From Azolla caroliniana (Eukaryota; Plantae; Polypodiophyta): a stretch of DNA of 64,000 nucleotides. A program made the position numbers and the translations under genes. The DNA lies in contig JBHGNT010000018.1 in NCBI GenBank assembly GCA_043228905.1, positions 1,426,001 through 1,490,000 on the forward strand. Direction: 5' to 3'. This document shows positions 1-12,705 of the stretch, piece by piece (the first letter of the stretch is position 1; each line of letters opens with the position of its first letter). The notes beneath the pieces are model-generated. The model searched no databases and was not told the DNA's origin. It worked only from the letters and a program-made list of their open reading frames with translations.

Positions 1-135
1 AGCCCACCGGACTCCGTAATTGTGTGTTCGAAATGCTAGCGACAAATTCCGGCTATTTGCTACCGTAGTGCCACTATGTAGCACGTGTACGTGATTGAAG
101 GAAGAAAAGAAAAAGAAGAGAAGAAACTAATCAAC

Positions 136-2860
136 ATGAACACAGAAATGGGTAGCTCACTCCGTAGTGAAAAGCTAGACCGTAGCAATTATTCATCTTG
201 GGAGTACAAGATGAACCAATACCTAGTCGGCCAAGGGTATTGGAGCTACATCACTCATGCACTCGAAGAAAAACCCGACATCACAAACGTCAACTACCCA
301 AAGTGGGAGCAAGGAGCGAGTCGGGTAATGTATTGTTTAGCAACATGATTCCACAACCACATGCTTAGCCACATTCAAGACGCCAAGACGCCTAAAGAAG
401 CGTGGGCAAACTTAAAGTAAATTTTCGCCGCCAACACAACCGCCCGCAAGCTTCAACTCCGGCAAGAGTTGAACAACATACAACAAGAAGATATGCTCGT
501 GTTGGACTAGTACACCGCCAAGATCAAGAGCATTTGTGACTCGGTTGGCTCCACCAACATAAACGTTGACGAAGACGAGATGGTTCAAGTATGCTTGGGC
601 GGCCTTGCACAATGATTCGAGTCGTTAAGGAAGGCAATCTTGGCAAGGGAAAACCCTCCCTCGTTCTTTGATCTTCAATCAATGTTATTGGTCGAAGAGA
701 ACCACATCCGAACCAAAAGCAAGATTTTGGAAGGACAAATGTTCTTCTCGAATTCGGATGGTGGCCGAGGACGAGGTCGAGGCGGTAGAAGAGGTTGATT
801 CGACCCATCTCACGAAGGGCGCTCAAATATTCGACAACAAGACCGAAGCCATCAAGGAACCTTCGGAAGAAGGGGGAGCTTCCATGCCGAGCAAGGTTGG
901 AAAATGAGGCCCCCAACGTGCAACTATTGCGGAAAAGTCGGCCACCGCGAGGAGTGCCGAAAAAGAAGATGCGAGTTGGCTTCAACAAACTGAGAACTCA
1001 CAAATGACATCACCAATTCCGAATACGACGACTATGGTGGGCTATCTGTGATGAGACATAGAGTGAACTTTAGGTCGACCTCCAACTCCATAAACACCTC
1101 CAACTTGGAAGACGTGTGGTTCGTCGACTCCGGCACCTCACATCATATGACGTCATACCAAGAGTGGTTTCGTGACCTAAGAATGCTGGATCAACCGGCT
1201 ACATAGAGACGGGAGACGACACCACACATTTCATTCGGCACATCAGCAACATTCCATTCGGCAACCATAGCCCAAACAATTGCATCAAAAATTTCTTGCA
1301 CATGCCCATAATAACAAATAATTTGGTCTTGGTCGGCCAAATCGTGGAGCAAGGAATGCAAGTTTGTTTCAACAACGAAGGATGCTTCATCGAGAAAGAT
1401 GGTTGATTCATAGCTAAAGGATGGAGACATGGTCAAATGTTCATTCTTGATTCAAATGAGATGAAATCAACCATGTATGCCAAAGGTTTCAAAACCGAGG
1501 CAAGCATGGAGTTGTGGCACAAAAGAATTGGCCACATCAACCTCCAACGGCTCCGAGCGATGCAATCAAAGGGAGTCATCATCGAACTTCTATCATTCTA
1601 GTTGAAACGAGTCAACAAGTGTGTGAAGCATGTCAACAAGGAAAACAACATCGACTCCCATTCCCGAAGGAGAGCTACGTGAGCAAAGGCCTCCTTGACG
1701 TCATACATTCAGATGTATGGGGACCGGCTCAAACACCGACGATCGGTGGATGCCGATACTACGTCACCTTCATCGACGACTACTTGTGCTACACATGGAT
1801 TTTTCCGATGAAGAAGAAGAGCAAAGTGCTCTCCCATTTCCAAAAGTTGAAGGGCTAAGTAGAAAAAGAAATCGGTCGGCACATTCGATGCCTACAATCA
1901 GATGGAGGAAGGGAGTACTTCTCCGACGAATTCATCTCCTACCTCCGAGGTGAAGGAATTCGGAGAGAACTCTCGTGCCGACACACACCCCAACAAAATG
2001 AAGTAGCCGGAAGAAAGAATAGGCATATACTCGAGGTAGCACACGCCATGATGCATGAGAAGCACATGCCGAACTTCTATTGGGCTGAAGCGGCATCCAT
2101 GGTTGTCTATCTCATGAACCGGTGCACCATTAATGGAGTACATGAGCTAACTCCATACGAGCTCCTTGCTGGAAGGAAGTTTATCTTGTTGCACCTCAAA
2201 GTGTTTGGAAGCATTGTGAATGTACGCATCCCGAACAAAAACCGACATAAGCCCGACGTGAAGTCAAAGAAATGTATTCTTGTAGGATACTCGTCCGAGA
2301 AAATGGCATACACGTGCTATAACCCTTCGACCCGAGTGGTTCAAGTGACTCGAGACGTAGTCTTCGACGAATCAGCATCATGGTATAAGCCTGATTCGGC
2401 TCCATCCGAATCGACTGAGGAAGACTTGAACGTCAACTCGGAGGACGATATTCGGCCAATCCCTTCACTAAAGGACTATCCAAGCTCTACTGAGCAAAGT
2501 GGACCACACGAGCCTTCAAGCCTTCCAAGCGCGTCTCAACTAGGGGCTAGATTGGACAAAGGCAAAGGTAAGATGCCAAATACGAAGTTGACCACCCCGA
2601 CGGCAGTGATTCGGATGTGTCGCCTCGTTCACTACACAGTGAGTTTGGTGTACCCACCATACAGACACCTGGACTAAAGAAGGCGCTCACATCGGCGAGC
2701 AAAAAACTTCGACACTCATCTAGAGAAAAGAACCCCGTCACTCGGCTCGACTACAACGAGTATATGGCCCATCATTATGCCTTCGCGATGAAGGTAGTTG
2801 CCGAACAAGAACCCACGAGCTCTACAAAAGTGGCTCGTGACCCACGATGGGTGGAAGCAA
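136..2860 (+). mobile_element. Degenerate Ty1/copia gag-protease-integrase region; RT/RNaseH deleted
   Basis: Gag N-terminus (KLDRSNYSSWEYKM), CCHC-like knuckle ~920, protease WFVDSGTSHHMT ~1116, GAG-pre-integrase LWHKRIGHIN, integrase IHSDVWGP / RSDGG-like / FYWAEAAS / KCILVGYS / TRDVVFDE. Many stops and frameshifts. Ends at PRWVEA, the start of the RT region. Confidence 0.93.
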
Positions 2861-2938
2861 TCGGCCTGCACCCACTTCACACCTCAAGCCTTCGTCACCA
2901 GTTTGAGGGGGAGGAACCAAAACTGCCTCGGAAAGGCC

Positions 2939-3592
2939 TGACGGGGACTAGTCGTTCCTTATGCTCAACGCTCGGCCACAACCGAGCTTAGAATCATACA
3001 CAGAAAACGGGAAGTAAATGCACAACACTAAGGAGAGAAAAGGTACACAGGATGTTTACGTGGAAAACCCAAACTCAGGGAAAAACCACGGCAGCCCACA
3101 GGCTGCAAACTATCACTATGTTGGAATGTACAAACAGTGAGTTCACGGAGGCAACGACCTCGTGCTCACGATCTTCGCCACAGGTGGCGGTTACAACAGA
3201 GGCAGCGACCTCTTTCTCTCTCTCTCTCTCTCTGTGTACACTGTTACGCGCTCTAATCTCATGCAAAACAAGAATGACAACAACAACAGTAACTAAAAAT
3301 TTGCCCTAAGTCATATTTATACTAATATGACTTTTCGGTTATTTACAAATATAGCCTCGATGGAGTCTCAGAAACATATTTACGAATATGTCTCTTCGTC
3401 CGGTGAGCATTCCTCACCGGGTCAGCACCATCCGGCTCTCCGTAGCCGGGTACTTCTCATCCGGTTCTCACCGGGTCTGCACCATCCGGCTCTCCGTAGC
3501 CGGGTACTCCTCATCCGGTTTCGGCCTCGGCCAAGTTTGTTAATCGGCACTGTTCTTCTCTCTTCCCATCCGGAGGAACCTGTCTCCCAACA
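2939..3592 (-). mobile_element. Solo LTR (copia-type) with 5-bp TSD AGGCC
   Basis: TG...CA termini; AGGCC at 2934-2938 and 3593-3597; reverse-strand copia U5-like motif TTTACGTGGAAAACCC...AAAAACCACGG; internal 54-bp repeats. Confidence 0.9.
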
Positions 3593-3864
3593 AGGCCGAG
3601 AATCGAAACTACCAAAACTGCCTTGGAAAGACCGAAGAAAGTTGCACAGAAGCTGATATCGAAAGTTGGACAATACCGAATGCAAAAGGTCTGGACGTTG
3701 GATGCCTCACACTTGAGCTTGAGGGGGTGTGTTGAGATATCCCACTCAACTAGATTTACTTAGCTACTCAACACGCGTAACTTAGTAGTTACCTAGATAG
3801 AATCTAGTTGGTATGTTGACCTTAAAGCCTTAAATAGGATTTTGTACTTGAGTGGGATACATTG

Positions 3865-4665
3865 TGACGGGAACTGAACGCTCCTTATACACAACGCTCG
3901 GCCACAACCGAGCTTAGAATCATGCACAGAAAACGGGAAAGGTGAAGATACAGCACAAAGGAGAGAAAAGTACACAGGATGTTTACGTGGAAAACCCAAA
4001 CCAAGGGAAAAACCATGGCAGCCCACAGGCTGCAAACTATCACTATGTTAGAATGTACAATAGTGAGTTCACGGAGGCAACGACCTCGTGCTCACGATCT
4101 TCGCCACAAACGGAGGTTACAACAGAGGCAACGACCTCTTCCTCTCTCTCTCACTCTCTGTACACAGTCACACGCTCTGATCTCGCGCAGACCAGAATAA
4201 CAACAACTACAAAAAGGTTTCCCCTAAGTCATATTTATACTAATATGACTTTTCTGCTATTTACAAATATAGCCTCGATGGACTCTCAGAAACATATTTA
4301 CGAATATGTCTCTTCATCCGGTTCTCACCGAGTCAGCACCATCCGGCTCTCCGCAGCCGGGTACTCCTCATCCGGTTCTCACCGGGTCTGCACCATCCGA
4401 CTCTCCGTAGCTGGGTACTCCTCATCCGGTTCTCACCAGGTCTGCACCATCCGACTCTCCGTAGTCGGGCACTCCTCATCCGGTTCTCACCGGGTCAGCA
4501 CCATCCGGCTCTCCGTAGCCGAGTACTCCTCATCCGGTTCTCACTGGGTCTGCACCATCCGGCTCTCCGTAGCCGGGTACTCGTCATACAGTTTCGGCCT
4601 CGGCCGAGTATGTTCATCAGCACTGTTCTTCTCCCTTCCCATCCGGAGGGACCTGTCTCCCAACA
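3865..4665 (-). mobile_element. Solo LTR, same family as 2939-3592, with 5-bp TSD CATTG
   Basis: TGACGGG...CCCAACA termini; CATTG at 3860-3864 and 4666-4670. Confidence 0.9.
4310..4590. repeat. 54-bp tandem repeat (~5 copies) inside the solo LTR
   Basis: Unit ~TCATCCGGTTCTCACCGGGTCTGCACCATCCGGCTCTCCGTAGCCGGGTACTCC; produces the 18-aa periodicity of the 3942-4673 ORF. Confidence 0.9.
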
Positions 4666-4989
4666 CATTGTAGATCCTCTACTCCTATGATCATTTATAT
4701 AGGACTTACACCTTTGTACCTATATTCTACTAACACATATGCACCTTTGCACATGAGATGTATATATACCTCATTGTGCCCGTATTTTTGTATTTGATGA
4801 TGCTTTTAGTATAGTTAATCATCCCCGATCTTGTCTTATTGTTCATAAGTGTCAACTTCCTCTCTCTCTTCCTCTCACACACATACCCACACATATCACT
4901 TAATCTTCCGCTTAGCTTAATCACATAATTAGGTACTAATTAACCTGTAGTTAATTACCTAATTCTTAATAGTGCACATAACCAACATG

Positions 4990-6681
4990 TCGCCAAGTAG
5001 GCCTTTAGGACTTCAAATCCCGTAGGAGCTTTGGACTGGTCAAAGGCCAAATTACGAGAAGTTGTGGTCTTTTTTACTTCGTTGTAGCTAGCCAAGAGCA
5101 TATAGTCTATCGACTCAGGAAGGGTCTTTTTGGCCTGAAGCAAGCACCACGACAATTGTATAAGAAGTTCGACGACTTCATCCAATATGTACACTTCTCC
5201 AAGAGCAATAATGACCATTACCTCTTCACCAAAACAACTGAAGATTTGTCTCCCATCTTCCTTCACATCTTATACGTGGATGACATGCTACTCTTCGGCC
5301 GAAATGCCGGAGAGCTTGCCGATCTTGTTTGGCAACTTTAGTTAAAGTTCACAATGATGGACCTAGGTCCTACTCGACACATACTCGGAACGAAGATTAG
5401 TCGGCTTCGGACTCTGCAACAATTGTTTTTGTCTCAAGCCGACTACATCATATGTGTCATGCAGTGCTTCAACATACAATCAACCAAATATGCTTCGACC
5501 CCGCTCCCCATTAATCTTCGGTTGTCTCAGTGAGATTGGACGACATCTGGGCCAAAGGGAAAAGATATGAAGTTGGTAGTGTATGCACCGGAAGTCAGCT
5601 CCCTGATGTACGCGATGGTCACAACACGGCTTGACATTGCTCATGCCGTAGGAGTTGTCAACAGATTAATGCACAACCCAGGCCGATCGCATTGGAATGC
5701 AATCAAGCATGGTTTTAAATGCTTGGTGCGCACGCAAAACATTAGCATCCTCTTCGTTCCGGACAAGAAATCAAGTGTAGTTGGTTACACCGACTCATAG
5801 TTTGCCAAGAATGTGGACAACCAAAAATCAACAACCGAATACTGCTTCAAATTCAAAGACGAAGGCCAAATACGCTGTTGCATCCGATGCAACGAAAGAG
5901 GCTCTATGGCTCGGTCGACTGGCATGTACGTTTCGACAAGCCAATCCCAATTCGGCTCCAGTTGTCAACAATGACAGTCAGGGTGTTGTTGCTTTGTCAA
6001 AGAATCCCCTTCAGCACCACACTTCCAAACATATTGACGTTCGGTACCACTTCGTTCGGGACTACGTAACTTCAGGAAAGCTCGGTCTCTAGAAGATCGC
6101 CACGGTCAACAACATATCAAACGGGATGACCAAGTGTCTCCCAACTAACAGGTTCTGGTCAATTCGGCACTAATGGGCTTAAGGAGAAATCATTTGGATT
6201 GAGTCGAACAATAGAGATAGCTTCATACAATCGGCTGTCACAGCCGAACTAGCCACTGCACTCGAACCTATCGATTCGGCCTCTGTTTCTTTCAGTCGTC
6301 ACCAATTCGGCTATAAGCCAATTTATCCTAGCATCTCTCTCTATAACTTGTATCTCCTATTTTATATTATAGGCCCCTCCTTAGTGTATATGCCCATTAT
6401 GAGGGAGTGTCGAATACGGGTGTATAATGGTTGTATTCACACAGTCCTCTAAACATACTAGGTTTACGACAATTCTGTAAATATGTCAAAGGGTAGTTGC
6501 CCTAGCCTAGTTAGTATATAATTGGCTTTGTAACCTAGTTCATGTGGTGTGGTTGATAGTGTCATTCTTGTATTGTAACTTTTGGAATAAGACTATTACA
6601 TTGTGTGCCTCGAGCTATCTCTTTCTCTCACTTTGTCTCCTTGATTTTGTCTAACTTGTTAAGTTGGTGATCTTCTCAACA
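4990..6681 (+). mobile_element. Degenerate Ty1/copia RT-RNaseH fragment with PPT and 3' LTR (6408-6681)
   Basis: GLKQAPRQ, LYVDDML, SLMYAMVTTRLDIAHAVGVV, KEALWL, SKHIDVRYHFVRD; PPT GAGGGAG then TGTCG...CTCAACA. Confidence 0.88.
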
Positions 6682-6714
6682 TAGATGTTCTTCTTGTTTT
6701 CGCATTGACGGTCT

Positions 6715-6875
6715 CAGATTCCAATAGCTATTTCGAAAATACCATAGCACAATTGACCACCTTGTCACCCTTCGAGTATTAATGGAGGAAAATCCCCTTA
6801 GAGGTAAAGGTTTATATTGTTGCTTCGTAGACTTCAAGACAACTTTTGATATGGTACCCCATGAGCATGTTTGGG
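6715..6875 (+). mobile_element. Short LINE reverse-transcriptase fragment
   Basis: Translates to FRKYHSTIDHLVTLRVL...LYCCFVDFKTTFDMVPHEHVW, matching RT motifs of the LINE at 47206-49683. Confidence 0.75.
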
Positions 6876-8561
6876 GGTTCTATTTTGTTGACATAGATAT
6901 CCAAATGGGCAACATTTGTTTCAAAAGATCAATTGAAAACAGATCTTGAAATGATGCGAACTTGCATTCAAACACTAAGCCCTTACATAATTGTCTTGAG
7001 AGGGGTGACGGAGAGGATCTCTGAAAGAGTTTGCTTTATAATACCTTTGTGTTACGAGAAAGAACAAATTTCTCATAAGCCCTGACTACATGAGTTTGCC
7101 AAATTCACAAGAATTTTGAAGAAAACATCAATTTCCATTCAATATAAGTCTCCACTTTAGCAATTTCTCTCAACAACCCTAACAAAATTGATACATTGAC
7201 TCAATGGTAAAGCTTCAAGATCTCTCCATATTGATGCATTCAAGTCTAGTATTGTTATGACATGGCATGATCTGACTTACATAAAGTTTTTGTGGATTAC
7301 TCAATGAAATTATAAACTGGAAATTAGATCTATCTTATTTGTAGTCACCACAATATGGAAACCAATTTTACAATGGATGCCGATAAAGAGGTCACATATA
7401 AAGTATCCTTTTTCTAATTTAAAGTGCCATTTCCTTTGTCATAATCGTAGTACATGTTTTCTAAAGAACTACTCTATCATAAGCTCATTTTTACACTTCC
7501 TAACTTCTAAGATATTTTCTTTGCCTTTATCTAAGCTTTATTCTTGACTATGATCACATAGAGGAAGCTGTTGTTGGTGCGATAATGAGGGGGACCAACA
7601 TCCACGCCTCATATGTCATGTCAATGGGTGATGGTTGGTCAACAATTCACTACCTTTCAAGACCAAACAATAGGAAAAAGCTAGCTAACATTGTCAATTT
7701 GTTTTTCTCTTTAGCCAACCTAGCTTCTCATGTACTACCTCAAACTTTTCTTGACTCAATTATTGAGCAAGTGTATTACTTTCAAAACATGTGTCTCCGT
7801 ATTGACATATTCAAAACATCTTTTTTTTCATTTAAAAGTGTATTACTTTTGACATTGGTACTAAGGCTAATCATGATGTTTAAGAATCTTGTGAACATCA
7901 TATGTTGAGGCTAAGAATTCATCATATGTTTCCTTAAGATGTTTTCATTTACCATTTCTTTTCTCCATAATTATTGTCATCATCACTATCAGTGTCTTCT
8001 TCTTCATTCATAATCAAACATTTATCATTCGTTCAATCATTCATCAACCTACATATCATAGCATTAAGTTTACAATTTTTGCATCATTCCATGATCAAGT
8101 GTACAAACGCCAATAAGAGACATTAACAAGATGGCAAGACACCTCAGCCTTGAATGAAACAATTTTGTTTAGTACAACAAAGAGTCAAGGAGGTTTTCAA
8201 GCTGAACCCAGCACCTTTCTTAATGTCTTGATGGGAATCAAAGGAAATCTATGAACCAGATATGGATAGTGAATAGTGATAGTGGACCCATCGACAAATT
8301 CTGATCATATTAATTACATTACCCTAAATTCATGAAGAGATAAGCTATTATAAAGTAACCCTAAATGTTGGCCTATATGAACAGCCCCATTACTAAAATG
8401 CTCAAACAAAAGAGAAGTACCATATTATATTCAAACTTTTATTTCATCAATTGTACATGGTCATGAGGTAGAATCGGAAACAAGTGGGCTGATCGTGAGT
8501 CAGTAGTGACTTAGAAAATGTTGTCATGAAGTAGAATGTGACCAATCCCAAATAAAAACAA

Positions 8562-10844
8562 TTACAAACTAGTGGAGAAACAAGAGGAGTTGCTATTCCA
8601 AGCAGGTGCATTTGAGGTAGATTCTAAGGTGTGCTGGGGACCATGATTCAATATTTGTCGATCCGGACGTGATACCGGCAACGGTAGGAGATGGCCATCA
8701 ATGAGAATGTGCCGGACATCTCTCATGCTTGGCCGGCACTCCGCCTCCGGGTGACAACAGTTGAGTGCCACATGAATGACCCCTCTCCACATCGTCATCA
8801 CCTTCTCAAACTCATCATGTATGCCATGGCCATCAAATTGCAACATGCCAGGGTCAACTGAATCCATGAGATTGTCATTCATATAAAGGGACCACACCCA
8901 ATCTAGCAAGTTCATCTTTTCCGGGCTGAGGCTGAAATCGAGTACACGCCTACCGCATGCAATCTCAAGGGCAAGGATGCCGAAACTGTACACGTCGGCT
9001 TTTTCCGTTGCTCGGCCCGTGTACACCAACTCGGGCGCCATGTATCCCATGGTGCCCGCAGCTGTCGTGGTCGCCCATATCTTCTCATGTGACACTAGTT
9101 TCGCGAGACCAAAGTCCCCGAGCATTGGTTCCCAATCTTTACTCAACAAAACATTGGCTGCCTTCACATCTCTATGGATCACACACCCCTCTAGACCTTC
9201 GTGTAGGTATTCCAATGCGGTCGCCACGCCCACCAGTATCTTCCATCTCCGCTCGCTCGTTAACACTACGGCCTCTCCCTCGATCTTATCCTTTGCATAA
9301 AGTAGCTTCTCGAGGCTACCATTGTCGGCATACTCGTACACCAACAATGCCTTTCCTTTCTCGTAGCACCAGCCTCTCAACCGCAACAAATTGCGATGCC
9401 GAATGCTGCTTATGATCCTTACCTCCGATGCGAAAGATGCTTCCCCGCCTTCTTTCACATTCTCTTTCAGTTTCTTGATGGCCACTACCGGCCGGGATGT
9501 TGGACATTCATCATTGGGCAATATACCCTTGTAGACCTGGCTGTACCCACCTTCTCCAAGCAGCATTTTGTCACTGAAGTTGTGGGTGGCTCTTTTCAAC
9601 ACATTGTAGCTAAATTGCTGGATGTCCGCACTGGCTGCCTCATGTGCAGCATATAGTTCAGATTTCTTTGGCCTGAATATGTGGTGTAATACTCCACCAC
9701 CATTCTTGTAAACAATGATGGTAAATCCCATAATAACCATAAGCAAAAGAAGTGAAAAAGAGATGCCCAATATTAAGCCAAAATTACCCTTCTTGGAAAC
9801 CGGTGGATGTGGATAATTGTTACCATTGTACGACTGCGACTCACTAGAAGAATTGTTGATCTGGGACGATGGCGAGTGGTTCGGAGAAATGTCGATCAAC
9901 TCAGTCTCGTTGAAAGTAGAGAAATACCACGCGTAGATGGCGTAGCCGGAGGGCTTTGTACCAAGGTCCAAATCGTCAAGGGATCCACTTGTTGCCGTGA
10001 TGCCCACCCACATGGATGTGTCATTAAACACACTAGGATCAATGGAAGCTTGTAAGATGAGGGATTTAGCTGTGCGTTCGAGAGAATTAACATACTCAGT
10101 CCTTCCCCCATAGTTCATCAGCCAAACCTGGACCATGTTTGTGGAGGCATTGAATGTGATCCAGGTTTGAAACCTGAAATCTCGATGCAAAGAGAGTTCA
10201 TTGTTGTCTCCGGAAGTATCCAATGTCTGGATAGATTGCAAGCTATTGATGTCAATTCCTATGTGACTAGAGCTCGGGTCGTCAAATTCGGGTGATTGCG
10301 CGATATCGAACTCGACTGCGAAGAAATTGTGACCAGGAGAGGTAGAATTGATGAAGGTGTCATTGGAGAGGCCAAGGTAGCTACCAGCACTGGCATGTGG
10401 GAATGCCTTGTCTTGTGCAATGAAGAAGGCCATACCTTCTCCACTCAGATTGCTTTGGGTAATTATCTGGAAGGAGAAGGATGTGTCAAAAGAGACAATG
10501 GCACCCATATCGTCGAGAAATCGTATGGGTTGTTTGGAAACTACACGAGTGGCGCTTCGACTGAGAGCAGGGCTTGTGTTAGGGTTTGGGATGAGCCACA
10601 CGGTTTTGTCATTATCCAGGGTTGCGTTAGCTCCAGAATATCCCTCACCTCTGGGCACAATGGAGATGTCGAAATTAGAGAAGAAGTCGTTCGAACCTGG
10701 ACCGAAGGAGATGTTGTGAGACATGGCCATGGCCATGGCCACACCATGTGTCGACGACGATGATGATCCGAGAGAGCAAATGCCGAAGAGTATCCATTGG
10801 ATTTGTGACATGAACCAGACCAGATTTCCAAGATTGAATTTCAT
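8562..10844 (-). CDS. L-type lectin receptor-like kinase, copy 1 (760 aa, intronless, chimeric)
   Basis: ATG at 10844 (the ORF-track start at 10940 is a TTG); hydrophobic N-terminus; legume-lectin motifs ([27 protein letters not shown]); [25 protein letters not shown]; RD kinase with [31 protein letters not shown]. Confidence 0.95.
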   Translation of the reverse strand: MKFNLGNLVWFMSQIQWILFGICSLGSSSSSTHGVAMAMAMSHNISFGPGSNDFFSNFDISIVPRGEGYSGANATLDNDKTVWLIPNPNTSPALSRSATRVVSKQPIRFLDDMGAIVSFDTSFSFQIITQSNLSGEGMAFFIAQDKAFPHASAGSYLGLSNDTFINSTSPGHNFFAVEFDIAQSPEFDDPSSSHIGIDINSLQSIQTLDTSGDNNELSLHRDFRFQTWITFNASTNMVQVWLMNYGGRTEYVNSLERTAKSLILQASIDPSVFNDTSMWVGITATSGSLDDLDLGTKPSGYAIYAWYFSTFNETELIDISPNHSPSSQINNSSSESQSYNGNNYPHPPVSKKGNFGLILGISFSLLLLMVIMGFTIIVYKNGGGVLHHIFRPKKSELYAAHEAASADIQQFSYNVLKRATHNFSDKMLLGEGGYSQVYKGILPNDECPTSRPVVAIKKLKENVKEGGEASFASEVRIISSIRHRNLLRLRGWCYEKGKALLVYEYADNGSLEKLLYAKDKIEGEAVVLTSERRWKILVGVATALEYLHEGLEGCVIHRDVKAANVLLSKDWEPMLGDFGLAKLVSHEKIWATTTAAGTMGYMAPELVYTGRATEKADVYSFGILALEIACGRRVLDFSLSPEKMNLLDWVWSLYMNDNLMDSVDPGMLQFDGHGIHDEFEKVMTMWRGVIHVALNCCHPEAECRPSMRDVRHILIDGHLLPLPVSRPDRQILNHGPQHTLESTSNAPAWNSNSSCFSTSL

Positions 10845-12282
10845 TGTATGTGGCTGCGCTGATCTAGAGGATCTATACTCTTTAGGATACAGTTGAGAAG
10901 AGTGATCTACAAGTATTTTTCCGTTTGTTATGTATGTCAATGTATTTCATACATAAAAGACACAATCAAACCCAATCAAGTCTTGAGTCTTCAGTCTTCA
11001 GTCTTCAGTCTTCAGTCTTGACCATTAACCCCAAATGGGTGGGGTCTGGTCTCACTGTAAAGTTCCCTTTGACTGAACTTTAAAGTTAACTGACACATAC
11101 AACATGTTTATCTAGGTGTTTGCATTGACATAACATGTTTCAGTTGCATTGTCGTCTCCTTCTTATTTTCGTTACGAATTCGTAGGAATCGTAGTCCTTT
11201 CATTTCACGCATAGCCCTTTATTTGTCATTGTTCTACTTTGCCAAGATGTTGATTTCAGTTTTGTACTACTTTAGAAGCTTCTTTACTTTTTCAAAACCT
11301 TCTTGGACCAAAACTACCATTTTTCCAGCATAGGTAAAAATATTAAATTTCGGCAAATGTTCTTATGCATCGAAGTTGCTGAAAGGAATGGAACTATCAC
11401 TAACACAATTCTAAATCAAAGTAGCTTACATTAAGTATCAACGAGGCATATGTCCTAAAAACTTCTTTGACTATATAATACTGTTAAATACTCCAATACA
11501 CTAGTAAAGAGAGTATTCGTAAACCTTAAGCTAAGATCCTAATATTCACATTTATAAAAATGACAACTGTAGATAGTGGAACATATTGAATTGCCACTAG
11601 GCAAGATGAACACTCTACCGAGGTCAAAATTTCGACTTGCTCCAATAAAGAAAATTGTCACATTAGTAATTCCTTCAACTTTCATAGAACAAAAGCATTG
11701 TGCATATCCCAATTATGACGCAATCCCCAATACCTCAGAAATAAGTCTCTAAGTTAAGGCTACCTTACTACAATGAGCTTAAGTCATAAGTTCCACGATC
11801 AAGAACTTAAGCTCCCTTCTTGTATGTGTACGGTTAGCAAGAAAATACATATTACCTTTGTTATAAGTTTACATTTTGATTTATCGTTTCTTTGCTTTGT
11901 TAAGATTTACTTAAGATTTTCAAGTGTGAATTAAGTTATATTTATGCTAATCTTATTCCATATGTATATTAAGCTAAGAGACACAAGTATGATATGGAAG
12001 TTCATTTAGGTAAGTTGGGTTTCTTGACTAATATGCTTAAGGATAACCGATACCCCTCTACTACATATGTTTAATAGTAACTCACAACCGACACAAAAAA
12101 GTGTTTTAGTAGTCATACAACACCACATTTTGGACAAAAGGATTCCTGAAGATACTTTTTCTTATAAACTACCACAAACAAGTGGGCCTTCCTCACATAT
12201 ATGCACTACAGTATTAATTACAACTAGAAAATATTGTTTAGAAGTAAAATGTGACCAATCCAAAACCAAAAGGAATTTCTAT

Positions 12283-12705
12283 TAACAATCCCGCGAAACT
12301 GCGGCTTAACGGTTTCAATGGTTCGGTTTGGTTTGGTTCAGGTTTAGGTTTTTTAAAACGGTTTGGTTCGGTTTTAACGGTTTAACAGTTTTTTATTTTT
12401 TATTTTTTAAATTAAAAAAAAATTAAGAATTTGTAAAAAAAATTAAAAATTGTTTTAAAACAATCTTTTTATTTTTAGACCTTATTCTCACGTTTTAGGA
12501 ACATCTTAAAAAAATTTAATAATGTAATGTTATAAATTTAAAAAATTTTAAAATTTTGACTTATGTTGAAAACCGAAACTGAACCACGAAACCGCGGTTT
12601 TTATGGTTTGAAAAAAAATTACTAGTTTGGTTTGGTTCAGGTTTTAAAAAATTAACGGTTCAATTTGGACCCTCTCAAACCGAACTAAACCATTGCCGAT
12701 TGTTA
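12283..12705. mobile_element. hAT-type MITE with 8-bp TSD ATTTCTAT
   Basis: TIR TAACAATC...GATTGTTA; ATTTCTAT at 12275-12282 and 12706-12713; multiple subterminal AACCG/CGGTT motifs; AT-rich core. Confidence 0.85.

Larger units (their letters stand above)
3730..4987 (+). mobile_element. 3' LTR of the first copia element, interrupted by a solo LTR
   Basis: Follows PPT TGAGGGGG (~3720-3727); begins TGTTG and ends CCAACA; right end approximate. Confidence 0.65.

Noticed and set aside
2939-4665. A single TRIM/LTR element with two LTRs
   Set aside because: Each LTR has its own TSD, and the DNA between them is host copia 3' UTR, PPT and LTR
3942-4673. 243-aa repetitive ORF (also at 26094-26825)
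   Set aside because: Lies within a solo LTR; the periodicity comes from the 54-bp DNA repeat
7585-7908. Small ORF with a paralog at 19350-19592
   Set aside because: Lies in duplicated flanking DNA; lengths and C-termini differ and no domain is recognisable
8957-10831. Antisense and alternative-frame ORFs over the LecRKs
   Set aside because: Shadows of GC-richer coding sequence with no recognisable motifs
10845-10940. 32-aa N-terminal extension of LecRK copies 1 and 2
   Set aside because: Starts at TTG and is not conserved in copy 3, whose ATG aligns with 10844
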